64,000 bases of DNA, taken from an uncultured Tateyamaria sp. GTDB taxonomy: Bacteria > Pseudomonadota > Alphaproteobacteria > Rhodobacterales > Rhodobacteraceae. A program made the translations under genes and the position numbers. Below the pieces are notes generated by a model. The model was not told the origin of the DNA and did no database searches. It saw nothing but the letters and a program-made list of their open reading frames with translations. The number at the start of each line of letters is the position of its first letter. The stretch's first letter is position 1. Below are positions 9,372 to 18,814 of the stretch, piece after piece. The DNA lies in the NCBI GenBank assembly GCA_905480645.1, contig CAJQRC010000001.1, positions 10,437 to 74,436 on the forward strand, in the 5' to 3' direction.

Positions 9372-10616
9372 TTAGTGTGCCACTCCAGCAGCAACACTTT
9401 CATCGATGAACTTTCCAATACGAAAGCGATTTAGTGAAAACTCTTCAGTTAGTGGGGAGTGCCCTTTTGCAATCAGTTCAGCCATAGCCCAACCAGATCC
9501 CGGGATAGCCTTAAAACCTCCAGTACCCCAACCGCAGTTAATGAATACCCCGTCGACAGGTGTCTTTGACAGAATGGGAGAGCGGTCACCGGTAACATCA
9601 ACGATCCCACCCCATTGCCGAAGCATCTTTAAACGCGAAATCATTGGGAATGTCTCAATCAGAGCGCGTACAGTTTCTTCTATGTGATGAAATGATCCAC
9701 GCTGCGTAAAGTTGTTATACCCGTCCGTACCACCGCCAATTACCATTTCGCCTTTATCAGATTGGCTCATATAGCCATGAACCGTGTTAGCCATCACGAC
9801 CACATCCATACAGGGTTTGATTGGTTCACTTACTAAGGCTTGCAAGGAAACAGATTCTAAAGGAAGCCGAAAACCAGCCATATCAGCAAGATGACCCGAA
9901 TGACCTGCAACAACCATTCCTAACTTTTCACAATCAATTGCGCCTCTGTTTGTATCAACGCCCACGACCATACTGCCTTGCCGACGTACTGCTGTCACTT
10001 CGCACTGCTGAATAATATCCATACCCATAGCGGAACATGCGCGAGCATAGCCCCAAGCGACAGCATCATGACGCGCCGTACCACCACGTGCCTGCCATAA
10101 ACCGCCTAAAACAGGATAACGAGATCCATTAATATCAATAATCGGCACCAACTCCTTAACCTGTTCAGGCCTAATGAATTTGGTCTTTACACCTTGTAAT
10201 GCATTGGCATGAGCAGTGCGCTGATAGCCTCGGACTTCGTGTTGGGTTTGGGCCAACATGATGACGCCTCGTGGACTAAACATTACGTTGTAATTTAAAT
10301 CTTGGCTCATCGTTTCATATAATGAACGGGATTTTTCATAGAGTGCCGCAGATGGATCTTGAAGATAATTTGACCTAATAATGGTTGTATTACGGCCTGT
10401 ATTGCCCCCACCAAGCCAACCTTTTTCAAGGATAGCTACGTTTGTAATGCCAAATCTCTTGCCAAGGTAATAAGCTGTAGCAAGGCCATGGCCACCTGCT
10501 CCAACAATAATTACTTCATATTTTGATTTTTGTTCGGGTGATCGCCATGCACGCTCCCATCCAGTATGATGACGTAATGCCTCACGGGCAATAGCAAAGG
10601 CTGAGTAGCGTTTCAT
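9372..10616 (-). CDS. soxB: Sarcosine oxidase subunit beta
   Basis: Track ORF of 414 aa with FAD fold IIVGAGGHGLATAYYL and strong overall SoxB character. First gene of the cluster. Confidence 0.95.
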   Translation of the reverse strand: MKRYSAFAIAREALRHHTGWERAWRSPEQKSKYEVIIVGAGGHGLATAYYLGKRFGITNVAILEKGWLGGGNTGRNTTIIRSNYLQDPSAALYEKSRSLYETMSQDLNYNVMFSPRGVIMLAQTQHEVRGYQRTAHANALQGVKTKFIRPEQVKELVPIIDINGSRYPVLGGLWQARGGTARHDAVAWGYARACSAMGMDIIQQCEVTAVRRQGSMVVGVDTNRGAIDCEKLGMVVAGHSGHLADMAGFRLPLESVSLQALVSEPIKPCMDVVVMANTVHGYMSQSDKGEMVIGGGTDGYNNFTQRGSFHHIEETVRALIETFPMISRLKMLRQWGGIVDVTGDRSPILSKTPVDGVFINCGWGTGGFKAIPGSGWAMAELIAKGHSPLTEEFSLNRFRIGKFIDESVAAGVAH

Positions 10617-10840
10617 TAGTATTTATCCGGCACTGGAATCAACAGTTCTTACACTTGCAGTTTAATGACCTTTTGAACAAACAAAAAGGATTGCGATGGC
10701 GCCTCTTTTATAAGGTTTTGCGACACGTTTTCATTTGACTATATTCCATTTTATTATTCACCTTAATAATGACTTATATGCGTTACACGGTTTCCCCTCT
10801 TTTACATTCCATCCACAAGAGTTACGTCAATTAACAATAC

Positions 10841-12076
10841 ATGAGTAGGAAAAAAATGCTGTTTTGGGCTGTAACCGCTGTTCTTACACTTATCGTTGTT
10901 GGAACCTTATCAAATACATTGCTGCGAGGCCGCAGCAATCTTCGCCCATCTGCGGCCTATGATCTAGACGTTTATCGCGATCAGTTAAAAGAAGTGGATC
11001 GCGATTTAGCGCGCGGTATACTAGCCGAAGCAGACGCGGAGCGCGTACGAATAGAAGTATCTCGACGTATCTTATCAGCCGATACCTCCCTTCGCAACGA
11101 AACGTCAACGCTGAAATGCCATAGCGGTCCAATCGCAGCAACCATGCTATCTCTTTCAATTCTAGCAGGCTCCTATTCAATTTACATGCATCTCGGGGCA
11201 CCAGGCTATGGCGACCTTGCACTAACCGATCGTATTAAGTTAGCGGAAGAATTACGCGCGAAACGACCAAGGCAGCAAACGGCAGAGGTTGGTTCGGCAG
11301 CCAAATTGCCGGTGGGTCCACCAATATCACCCGATTATGTCACTTTAGTTCAGAAATTGCGAGAAACAGTAGGGAATCGTCCAAATGATCTACAGGGACA
11401 AATATTGCTGGTCCAATCTGAAGCACAGTTGGGTAATTTTGTAGCTGCTCATGTCGCTCAGGCACGAGTTATTGAACTGAAAAAATGGACAGCAACAGCA
11501 ACAGATTACTCTGAATATGCTGACCTGCTAATTCTGGCAGCTGGTGGGTATGTTTCTCCAGAGGCAGAAACAGTTCTTGAACAAGCGCTGAAAATGGACC
11601 CCTCGAACGGTACAGCAGGTTACTACTTCGGCTTAATGATGGCACAAACTGGACGGCCAGATACAGCTCTACGAATTTGGGATCAATTGTTGCGTACCAG
11701 TTCACAAAACTCACCTTGGGTATCTCCAATTGAATTGCAAATTGATGAAATAGCAGTCCGCGCAGGCGTGAACTATTCGCGCCCAGCAGTACCTATCGAA
11801 AGCGGCCCATCTGCAGCAGCCATAGAAGCTGCAAGCGAAATGTCACCCACCGAGCGACTGGAAATGATCCAAGGTATGGTTTCAGGTCTCAGTGAAAGGT
11901 TAGCAAATGACGGCGGTCCAGTTGAAGATTGGGCGCGTTTGATTTCCTCTCTTGCAGTATTGGGTCAAATGGACGAAGCACGAACAGTTTTTGAGAAGGC
12001 CCAGCTTGCATTTAAAGAAGATCTGCCCGCCATCGATATCTTAAATAATACTGCAAGTCAGGTTGGCCTACGATGA
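10841..12076 (+). CDS. ccmI: c-type cytochrome biogenesis protein CcmI/CycH (TPR)
   Basis: N-terminal TM helix, then YRDQLKEVDRDLARGILAEADAERVRIEVSRRIL and a TPR-like C-terminal half. An alternative start exists at ATG 10856. Confidence 0.8.
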   Translation: MSRKKMLFWAVTAVLTLIVVGTLSNTLLRGRSNLRPSAAYDLDVYRDQLKEVDRDLARGILAEADAERVRIEVSRRILSADTSLRNETSTLKCHSGPIAATMLSLSILAGSYSIYMHLGAPGYGDLALTDRIKLAEELRAKRPRQQTAEVGSAAKLPVGPPISPDYVTLVQKLRETVGNRPNDLQGQILLVQSEAQLGNFVAAHVAQARVIELKKWTATATDYSEYADLLILAAGGYVSPEAETVLEQALKMDPSNGTAGYYFGLMMAQTGRPDTALRIWDQLLRTSSQNSPWVSPIELQIDEIAVRAGVNYSRPAVPIESGPSAAAIEAASEMSPTERLEMIQGMVSGLSERLANDGGPVEDWARLISSLAVLGQMDEARTVFEKAQLAFKEDLPAIDILNNTASQVGLR

Positions 12077-12549
12077 TTACCAACGACATACCAGAATTTC
12101 TGTCAAACTTACCACCACTTTGCCCAATTATAGGGCTTGATTTAGGAGAAAAAACTATAGGTGTGGCCGTATCTGATACATATCGATCCGTAGCAACACC
12201 ACTTGAAACGGTTCGCCGGAAAAAATTTAGTGTAGATGCCGCGCGGTTGAAAGTATTGATAACTGATAGAGCAATAGGGGGTGTCGTATTGGGATTACCG
12301 CGCAATATGGATGGATCAGAAGGGTCCCGCTGCCAGTCAACACGGGCATTTGCCCGCAATTTTTCGATGCTTTGGAATGGTCCAATTACTTTCTGGGACG
12401 AACGATTGAGCACTGTCGCCGCTGAAAAAGCTTTGCTGGAGGCGGATACAACACGTAAACGGCGCGCCGAGGTGATTGACCATGTTGCTGCAGGCTATAT
12501 TCTGCAAGGATTACTAGATCGCCTCGCGGCCGTAACAAGGCAAGTATAA
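12073..12549 (+). CDS. ruvX: Holliday junction resolvase-like protein RuvX/YqgF
   Basis: Contains LGLDLGEKTIGVAVSD...GLPRNMDGSEG. The ATGA start overlaps the ccmI stop. Confidence 0.9.
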   Translation: MITNDIPEFLSNLPPLCPIIGLDLGEKTIGVAVSDTYRSVATPLETVRRKKFSVDAARLKVLITDRAIGGVVLGLPRNMDGSEGSRCQSTRAFARNFSMLWNGPITFWDERLSTVAAEKALLEADTTRKRRAEVIDHVAAGYILQGLLDRLAAVTRQV

Positions 12550-12791
12550 TGGAAGCAGGTTCCCAAAAATCAGTTTGGGTACGACAAGAGATCGAGAGCC
12601 CTTGCGTGCAAATCTGCATAATTCATCCAGAAACTAGATTATGCGCAGGCTGCGCACGATCCATAGATGAAATCAGTGAATGGAGTAGAATGAGTGCAAA
12701 CCAGCGGGCTGAGATTATGGAAAAACTTCCAGGCAGAGAACCTGCACCGAAAACGCGGCGTGGCGGGAGAAGTGGTCGCTTAAAGCGGTAA
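12549..12791 (+). CDS. DUF1289 domain protein
   Basis: SPCVQICIIHPETRLCAGCARSIDEISEWSRMS is the Cys pattern typical of DUF1289. TAATG overlap with ruvX. Confidence 0.8.
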   Translation: MEAGSQKSVWVRQEIESPCVQICIIHPETRLCAGCARSIDEISEWSRMSANQRAEIMEKLPGREPAPKTRRGGRSGRLKR

Positions 12792-12816
12792 AAAAATTTC
12801 AAAACCGTTGGTAGTT

Positions 12817-13551
12817 TCAATTTGCTAACCAGTCTGCTGGATTGGGAAACTCAGGTCTGAAAAATGCAACCATTCTGCCTGTTTTTTCTGAACCTGTCCA
12901 TGGAGCTGTGCCATGAAGCGCAAAACGGTGTAGAAGATAACTCTCGCCTGGACAGGCATGTAGAGGGACCATTTCACAAGTATCAAAAACAGCACTCCTC
13001 GCAGCTTGATAAGCATCCGTAAGATCAACCGTCCCAATGGCCTGCTTACCTATAACCTCGGCCAGAGCAGCCTGCATAATTCGGTGACTACCGCGCCACA
13101 CGACAGTTGGTGCATCTGTCACGAGGTTTAAAGGTAACCCCAAAATATATGCGTGGTATTCTCGTGCATACCTGCGCCGAGCAGGCCCCTCTGGCAATAA
13201 CCCGTCGACATGAGCTCCACAACGTTTGCGGCGAAATCGGTGATTAGCGTCACTCTCATCAAAATCTTGTTTAGGGTATTCCGGAAAAATAATCGACACT
13301 TGCGCTTTATGTTGGATAAGCGATGGAACATGCTTTTCCCAAGGCCCATTTAGCGGCACACCCGCAACACGTCCGTCTGGCCCGTTGGGAAGCATATCCA
13401 CTCCGACAAACCATGTTCTACCATGGCGAAAGTTAGCGTCTCTTATAGTAGGGTCTCTGGAGAGTTTTTCCGCGCAATTTCGAGCGGCCTTTGCCCACGC
13501 GACAACTCTTTTATCAGTCTCGAACAAAACAAACCCATCTTGCTCAACCAT
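12817..13551 (-). CDS. Conserved hypothetical protein, possible PhyH-like Fe(II)/2-oxoglutarate dioxygenase fold
   Basis: Track ORF of 244 aa. Candidate HxD (GAHVDG) and distal His (LLHRFALHGTAPW). The functional call is tentative. Confidence 0.6.
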   Translation of the reverse strand: MVEQDGFVLFETDKRVVAWAKAARNCAEKLSRDPTIRDANFRHGRTWFVGVDMLPNGPDGRVAGVPLNGPWEKHVPSLIQHKAQVSIIFPEYPKQDFDESDANHRFRRKRCGAHVDGLLPEGPARRRYAREYHAYILGLPLNLVTDAPTVVWRGSHRIMQAALAEVIGKQAIGTVDLTDAYQAARSAVFDTCEMVPLHACPGESYLLHRFALHGTAPWTGSEKTGRMVAFFRPEFPNPADWLAN

Positions 13552-13738
13552 TCAAGAAAACCCAAAAATCATGACTTATGCTACCGAACTGGATACAATT
13601 AGCTTAAAATGATATCATTGTAGCTTTTAACCGGACGCCACAGATACTATATAGATGTGCAGTATTTGAGGAATAAATAGAGCAAACCATTCTATTATCC
13701 AATCATTTTATAGTACTCGGAAATTAATAACCTACAGC

Positions 13739-14752
13739 TTATATCACAGCGTTGGTTTCATTCGTTATTGCCATGACTTGACTTAAAGCCGAATAGACAA
13801 GCTCTCCATCCGCTCCATTCTTTGCAGAACCCTCACTTATAGTTCGCCGCCACAACCGTGCACCTGCCCGCCCAGCAAACAAACCAAGCATATGTCTCGT
13901 GATTTGATGTAATCGACCACCTGAGGAAAGATGGTTCTCAATATAAGGCAGCATTGCCATAATGGCATCTTCAACGGACGTTTCATCGCTGGCACCAAAT
14001 ATTCGCCGGTCTGCTGAACAAAAGATATCAGCCGGCTGATGATATGCCGCTCGGCCCACCATTACACCGTCAAGTCCAGCCGCCAAAAAAGCCTCAACTT
14101 GTTCAAGCGAAGTAATTCCCCCGTTGATTGAGATGTGCAAGTTAGGAAAGTACTCCTTCATTCGCAGAACGAGCCGATAATCTAGAGGAGGTATATCACG
14201 ATTTTCTTTAGGGCTTAAACCTTGCAGCCAAGCCTTCCGTGCATGGATCGTTACACGTTCACAACCAGCGGCAATAATCTTTGCCAAAAACTTCGGCAAT
14301 ACTTCGTCTGGGTTTTGTTCATCAACTCCGATACGGCACTTCAAAGTTACATCGACGTCTACAGCATCCCGCATCGCTGCCACACAATCAGCAACCAGAG
14401 CTGCGTCCCGCATCAGTATGGCGCCAAAAGTACCAGACTTAACGCGGTCTGAGGGGCACCCACAGTTCAAATTGACTTCTTGATATCCTGCATTGGCTCC
14501 AAGTTTAGCAGCGCGCGCCAATTCGCTAGGATTAGAACCACCTAACTGTAAAGCAAGAGGATACTCAGCTGGGCTGTGATCTAATAAATGCACGGCACCG
14601 CCGCGAATCAATGCAGGCGCTGTTACCATTTCAGTGTAAAGGAGAGCCTGCCTACTTAACTGACGGTGTAGGAAACGACAGTGACGGTCGGTCCAATCCA
14701 TCATTGGCGCAGCAGAAAATCGTGCTGCAGCAGTCACTGCGTTATTGGGCAT
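13739..14752 (-). CDS. dusA: tRNA dihydrouridine(20/20a) synthase DusA
   Basis: FSAAPMMDWTDRHCRFLHRQLSR..LLYTEMVT and NLNCGCPSDRV are DusA hallmarks. Confidence 0.92.
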   Translation of the reverse strand: MPNNAVTAAARFSAAPMMDWTDRHCRFLHRQLSRQALLYTEMVTAPALIRGGAVHLLDHSPAEYPLALQLGGSNPSELARAAKLGANAGYQEVNLNCGCPSDRVKSGTFGAILMRDAALVADCVAAMRDAVDVDVTLKCRIGVDEQNPDEVLPKFLAKIIAAGCERVTIHARKAWLQGLSPKENRDIPPLDYRLVLRMKEYFPNLHISINGGITSLEQVEAFLAAGLDGVMVGRAAYHQPADIFCSADRRIFGASDETSVEDAIMAMLPYIENHLSSGGRLHQITRHMLGLFAGRAGARLWRRTISEGSAKNGADGELVYSALSQVMAITNETNAVI

Positions 14753-15069
14753 CTTGATATCTCCTGGGGCCCACGACTAATATTTACTTCCAAATTGAAT
14801 ACCTTGTGCACGCAAATTACCTCAGTCTAGCCCGCAGCGCACGAACTGAATAGAATAATATTGTTAGTTTTATTTTTAAGATTAATGCCTCATAAATATT
14901 TTTATAAGCTTTCAATTAAGACTTCTTATTAACTTGGTTATTTTGGTAATTCTTTATAAAATATTGAACGAAAATAAAAGAATGCCGCAGGGTCCAGACA
15001 TATGAAACATAGGCACCAAATCCGGCAAGTTGAACGGGGGCCTGAGACGTGATTGGATTCGGCAACTCA

Positions 15070-15516
15070 ATGGGCCCAAGAAATCTATTGGATTTTGAGG
15101 GTGAGTGGAGAATTAACCGGGAAATTATCCATGCAGACGGCACGGTTGCAAAGCTAATTGGGACAGGGACATTTGCGCGCTGCCGGACCGGCTTGGTTTA
15201 TGACGAGAAGGGAGAACTGCGAATGCAGATCTCTAAAGGAGATGACACACAACTTGGGTCACCTATCTTCGGAACACGTCGTTATTACTGGGATAATTCG
15301 ATCAATAAAAAGGGTACTAAACAAATCCCAGTTAGATTTTCAGACGGGCGCAACTTTCACCATATTCCACTTAGTGGTGGAACGGTATTGCATTGGTGCT
15401 ACCCAGACCAATACAATGGGAATTATTTTTTTTCTAAATGGCCAAAGTGGTCAACTCAGTGGGGAGTATTTGGGCCTCGCAAATGTTATAGCATAGTAAC
15501 CCAATACCGACGCTAA
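15070..15516 (+). CDS. DUF6314-like hypothetical protein
   Basis: FEGEWRINREI...VRFSDGRNFHHI...HWCYPDQYNGNYFF...WSTQWGVFGPRKCY resembles the DUF6314 pattern. I prefer ATG 15070 to the GTG 15049 used by the track. Confidence 0.65.
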   Translation: MGPRNLLDFEGEWRINREIIHADGTVAKLIGTGTFARCRTGLVYDEKGELRMQISKGDDTQLGSPIFGTRRYYWDNSINKKGTKQIPVRFSDGRNFHHIPLSGGTVLHWCYPDQYNGNYFFSKWPKWSTQWGVFGPRKCYSIVTQYRR

Positions 15517-15602
15517 TTTCATACTAAAGATGCTTATTTCCTTGCGATACTGGCCTTTCCAAGATTAAACGTAAAAAAGAGCATAAGATTGGAGATCTCT
15601 AT

Positions 15603-16202
15603 ATGGCTTTGACCATGAACAAAAAAGTCCTGACCGAGGCATTCGGTGCGTCTGAGGGCGCACTTTTGTGGCTGAAACAAATATTACTGGTCGTTGCAGG
15701 TGTTATGGCGTTGGCTATCGCCGCAAAGGTGAAAATCCCAATGACACCAGTACCAATAACTCTCGGTACTTTAGCCGTTTTAACTATCGGGTCAGCATAC
15801 GGGCCCCGCTTGGGTTTGGCGACGATCCTAGGTTACTTGATAATTGGCGCTCTTGGTTTTGATGTATTTGCAACCTCTTCTGCTAGCAACTCTGGTTTAG
15901 ATTACATGGTGGGTGGTACAGGCGGTTATCTTGTTGGTTATGTAGTAGCGACCCTAGCTTTAGGTAAATTGGCTCGCATGGGCTGGGATCGGACTGCTCC
16001 TAAAATGGCTTGTGCAATGTTGTTAGGCAACCTACTGATCTATATCCCTGGTCTTATCTGGTTGGGCGCATTGTACGGTTGGGATCAGCCAATACTACAG
16101 TGGGGGCTAACACCATTTATTTTTGGAGACCTAGTTAAACTAGCGGTAGCAGCAATGTTATTACCCTTAGCATGGAAAGTAATCGGTAAAACTCGCAGTT
16201 GA
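15603..16202 (+). CDS. bioY: Biotin transporter BioY
   Basis: VPITLGTLAVLTIGSAYGPRLG...GGTGGYLVGYVVA gives a BioY-family multi-TM profile. Confidence 0.85.
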   Translation: MALTMNKKVLTEAFGASEGALLWLKQILLVVAGVMALAIAAKVKIPMTPVPITLGTLAVLTIGSAYGPRLGLATILGYLIIGALGFDVFATSSASNSGLDYMVGGTGGYLVGYVVATLALGKLARMGWDRTAPKMACAMLLGNLLIYIPGLIWLGALYGWDQPILQWGLTPFIFGDLVKLAVAAMLLPLAWKVIGKTRS

Positions 16203-16297
16203 TTTCCTGAATATGGACTCAAATGTTATAAATATATTCCAAGCGTCCATCTTTATTGATGGGCGCTATTTTATTTATTCCTTTGAAGCGGGATCTT

Positions 16298-16678
16298 TTA
16301 GTTTTCTTCTATGACGCGACGGGCCGACCTAAAGCATTCCAACGCTTGCGGAACACCACAGTATATACCAATCACATGAATAATTGCTCGAATTTCCTCA
16401 TTCGAAACTCCATTTTTAATAGCCCCGCGACAATGAATTTCCCATTCATTCATTTTTCCCAAAGCACCTATCATTGACAGATTCATCATGGAGCGTGTCT
16501 TTGCGTCAATTACGTCGTCACCCCATCCAAATCCCCAACACCATGCTGTCATAGCTTCCTGGAATGGCCTGGTAAAATCGTCAGCAGTTGCCAGATTTTT
16601 TTCAACATAATCAGAGCCCAAAGTTAACTTGCGTTGTTCCAAGCCCTTCAGAAATAAATCCTCATCAAAAGCACTCAT
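16298..16678 (-). CDS. Carboxymuconolactone decarboxylase (CMD) family protein
   Basis: 126 aa: ...WCWGFGWGDDVIDAKTRSMMNLSMIGALGKMNEWEIHCRGAIKNGVSNEEI, typical CMD/PcaC-like. Confidence 0.8.
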   Translation of the reverse strand: MSAFDEDLFLKGLEQRKLTLGSDYVEKNLATADDFTRPFQEAMTAWCWGFGWGDDVIDAKTRSMMNLSMIGALGKMNEWEIHCRGAIKNGVSNEEIRAIIHVIGIYCGVPQALECFRSARRVIEEN

Positions 16679-17389
16679 TATTGCCCCCTTCAGTTTTGTT
16701 GATTGTTTTTAACGCACACTATTCAGTAAAATTACAACTCATCTTTCACCTATAGTGGTCCACTTTTGTATAACAACCATAACAATTTTTTCCGTTGTAC
16801 GAATAAATGATTTAATTTTAGTAAGTAAGATCGAATTTTGGGTTTTAAATGCCTAAATTACTCCATCTAGAGTATCCTACTTTTTCAACCAAACATCATA
16901 GTCCTCAACGTATATTTCAGTTTTACTAGTTAATCAGATTTATTTTGGTAACATTCAACAGTCCATTCCACATTTTCTTTTGCCCGACAGTTTTGTAACA
17001 AGGTGTCCAAACAACTTGGTACCTGAACTAATGCGTGGTACGATTCATTGTCGATGCTTAACTTGCTAATTATCAGTGTTGATTATGGAATAACCACAAC
17101 GGAACTAATACGTTTTACTTTCGAGAAGAAAAAAATATGTTAAGCAAATCTTCCAAAAATCTATCTGCAACAATGATAATGCCTCTCTGGGCATCGATAA
17201 ATCAACTACCCAGCGCTGGGATCGAGGTCATCAAGAAATGATCCGCCTCTTCCCAGACGAGTTTTCAACAACGCAGAGTATAGACGACTTCAAGCAGTTG
17301 AAACAAAAACTCACGAACTATCCAAGATCGCTCAGACCAAATGAGATCATTCAGCACAACCAAACCGCAACATATACTGAAAAAGTTCT

Positions 17390-17610
17390 AACGATTTTCA
17401 AGTGACCAAATTTCTACATGCATTAAGTGATGGTGATGATTTAGCCGATTGGCTTTGGACCAGTAGGCACACCATGCCCGATACCACCAAAATCTTGAAT
17501 GCACTTCGTAACGTTTCAAAAAAGATATAATTTGCCAATAAAAACGGTAAGTTAATTTCACACTTGTCAATACATCACAGACGTGAACTAAAAAACCTTC
17601 ACCAAACAAG
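17390..17610 (-). mobile_element. Possible C-terminal remnant of an IS4/IS5-type DDE transposase (degenerate)
   Basis: The minus-strand peptide LTYRFYWQIISFLKRYEVHSR resembles the conserved YRxRWQIExFFKxxKQxLR block. An adjacent frame gives IQDFGGIGHGV (compare IKxFxGTSxNAV). Short and frameshifted. Confidence 0.3.
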
Positions 17611-17740
17611 TTGGACCAATATATTTTCTTAGTAATCGTCTACAGCACGTTATAGTAACATGTCCAACTTGGTATGCTGACGGAAAGCTTGCTACTACTG
17701 TAGTCAGACGGACACGAGGTCTAATTCGGTTACACAAAAG

Positions 17741-18802
17741 CTAATATTGGCGAGCCCCTTCTTCAGATGCAACCCTGGGTACCAGAGCAAGAACAAGACT
17801 ACTCATATCCAAAGTACCAACGGGGTTTCCATCACGAGTGACGAGATAGGTATACGAAGTATCTCCACCAGATTTAGCAATCATACTTTCCAGTGTGTCA
17901 TCGATATTAATCTCACCATGCGTATCTGTAGGAACCAAGCCCTTAGTGAGCGGAGCCATAATAGATCTAACTCGAAGTACTCTCGCACGATTAATGTCAC
18001 TTACAAAATCTTCAATGTAAGGATCATTAGGATGTAACAAAATATGTTGAGGCTCACCTTGTTGCACAACAAAGCCATCCTTAAGGATGACAAGGTGATC
18101 GGCCAACTTGAGCGCTTCATCAAGGTCATGTGTGATAAAAACAATAGTCTTATGAAGTTCTTTCTGCAACTCTAACAATAAATCTTGCATATCAGTGCGA
18201 ATTAGAGGGTCTAGCGCAGAGAATGCCTCATCCATCAACATAATAGGTGAGTTTGATGTCAGCGCGCGAGCAATACCTACACGTTGCTGCATTCCGCCCG
18301 AAAGTTGGTGTGGATAGTGATTTCCAAATCCCCGCAGGCCTACACGGTCAAGCCATTTATCGGCTTCTTTTAGGTAGTCCATCTTTGCAACACCGCGCAC
18401 TCCCAATGTAGTGCCTGCATTTTCGGCAACTGTTCTGTGAGGCAGCAATGCAAATTTCTGGAATACCATGGACATAACCTGCCGACGGAGCTCGCGTAAT
18501 TTATCTTCTCCATAATCGAGTACATTGTCACCATCTACAAAAACTTCGCCTGAGGTAGGCTCAATCAAGCGATTTAAGTGACGGATCAAAGTTGACTTCC
18601 CAGAGCCTGAAAGCCCCATAATCACTGTAATCTCGCCTTCTTTGATATCTACATTGATATCTTTAAGGCCTAAAACATGTCCATGTTGCTTCAGCAAATC
18701 TGCTTTCGACATTCCACCAAGTACATATCGTAAAGCTTCTTGCGGATTTGTTCCAAAAATTTTGTACAGGTTGCGGATCGAAACTTGGACTTTATCACTC
18801 AT
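17741..18802 (-). CDS. proV: Glycine betaine/proline ABC transporter ATP-binding protein
   Basis: Walker A GLSGSGKST, signature LSGGMQQRVGIARA and a C-terminal CBS-like tail. Operon with the permease and binding protein. Confidence 0.92.
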   Translation of the reverse strand: MSDKVQVSIRNLYKIFGTNPQEALRYVLGGMSKADLLKQHGHVLGLKDINVDIKEGEITVIMGLSGSGKSTLIRHLNRLIEPTSGEVFVDGDNVLDYGEDKLRELRRQVMSMVFQKFALLPHRTVAENAGTTLGVRGVAKMDYLKEADKWLDRVGLRGFGNHYPHQLSGGMQQRVGIARALTSNSPIMLMDEAFSALDPLIRTDMQDLLLELQKELHKTIVFITHDLDEALKLADHLVILKDGFVVQQGEPQHILLHPNDPYIEDFVSDINRARVLRVRSIMAPLTKGLVPTDTHGEINIDDTLESMIAKSGGDTSYTYLVTRDGNPVGTLDMSSLVLALVPRVASEEGARQY

Positions 18803-18814
18803 CGGACCCGCCCC

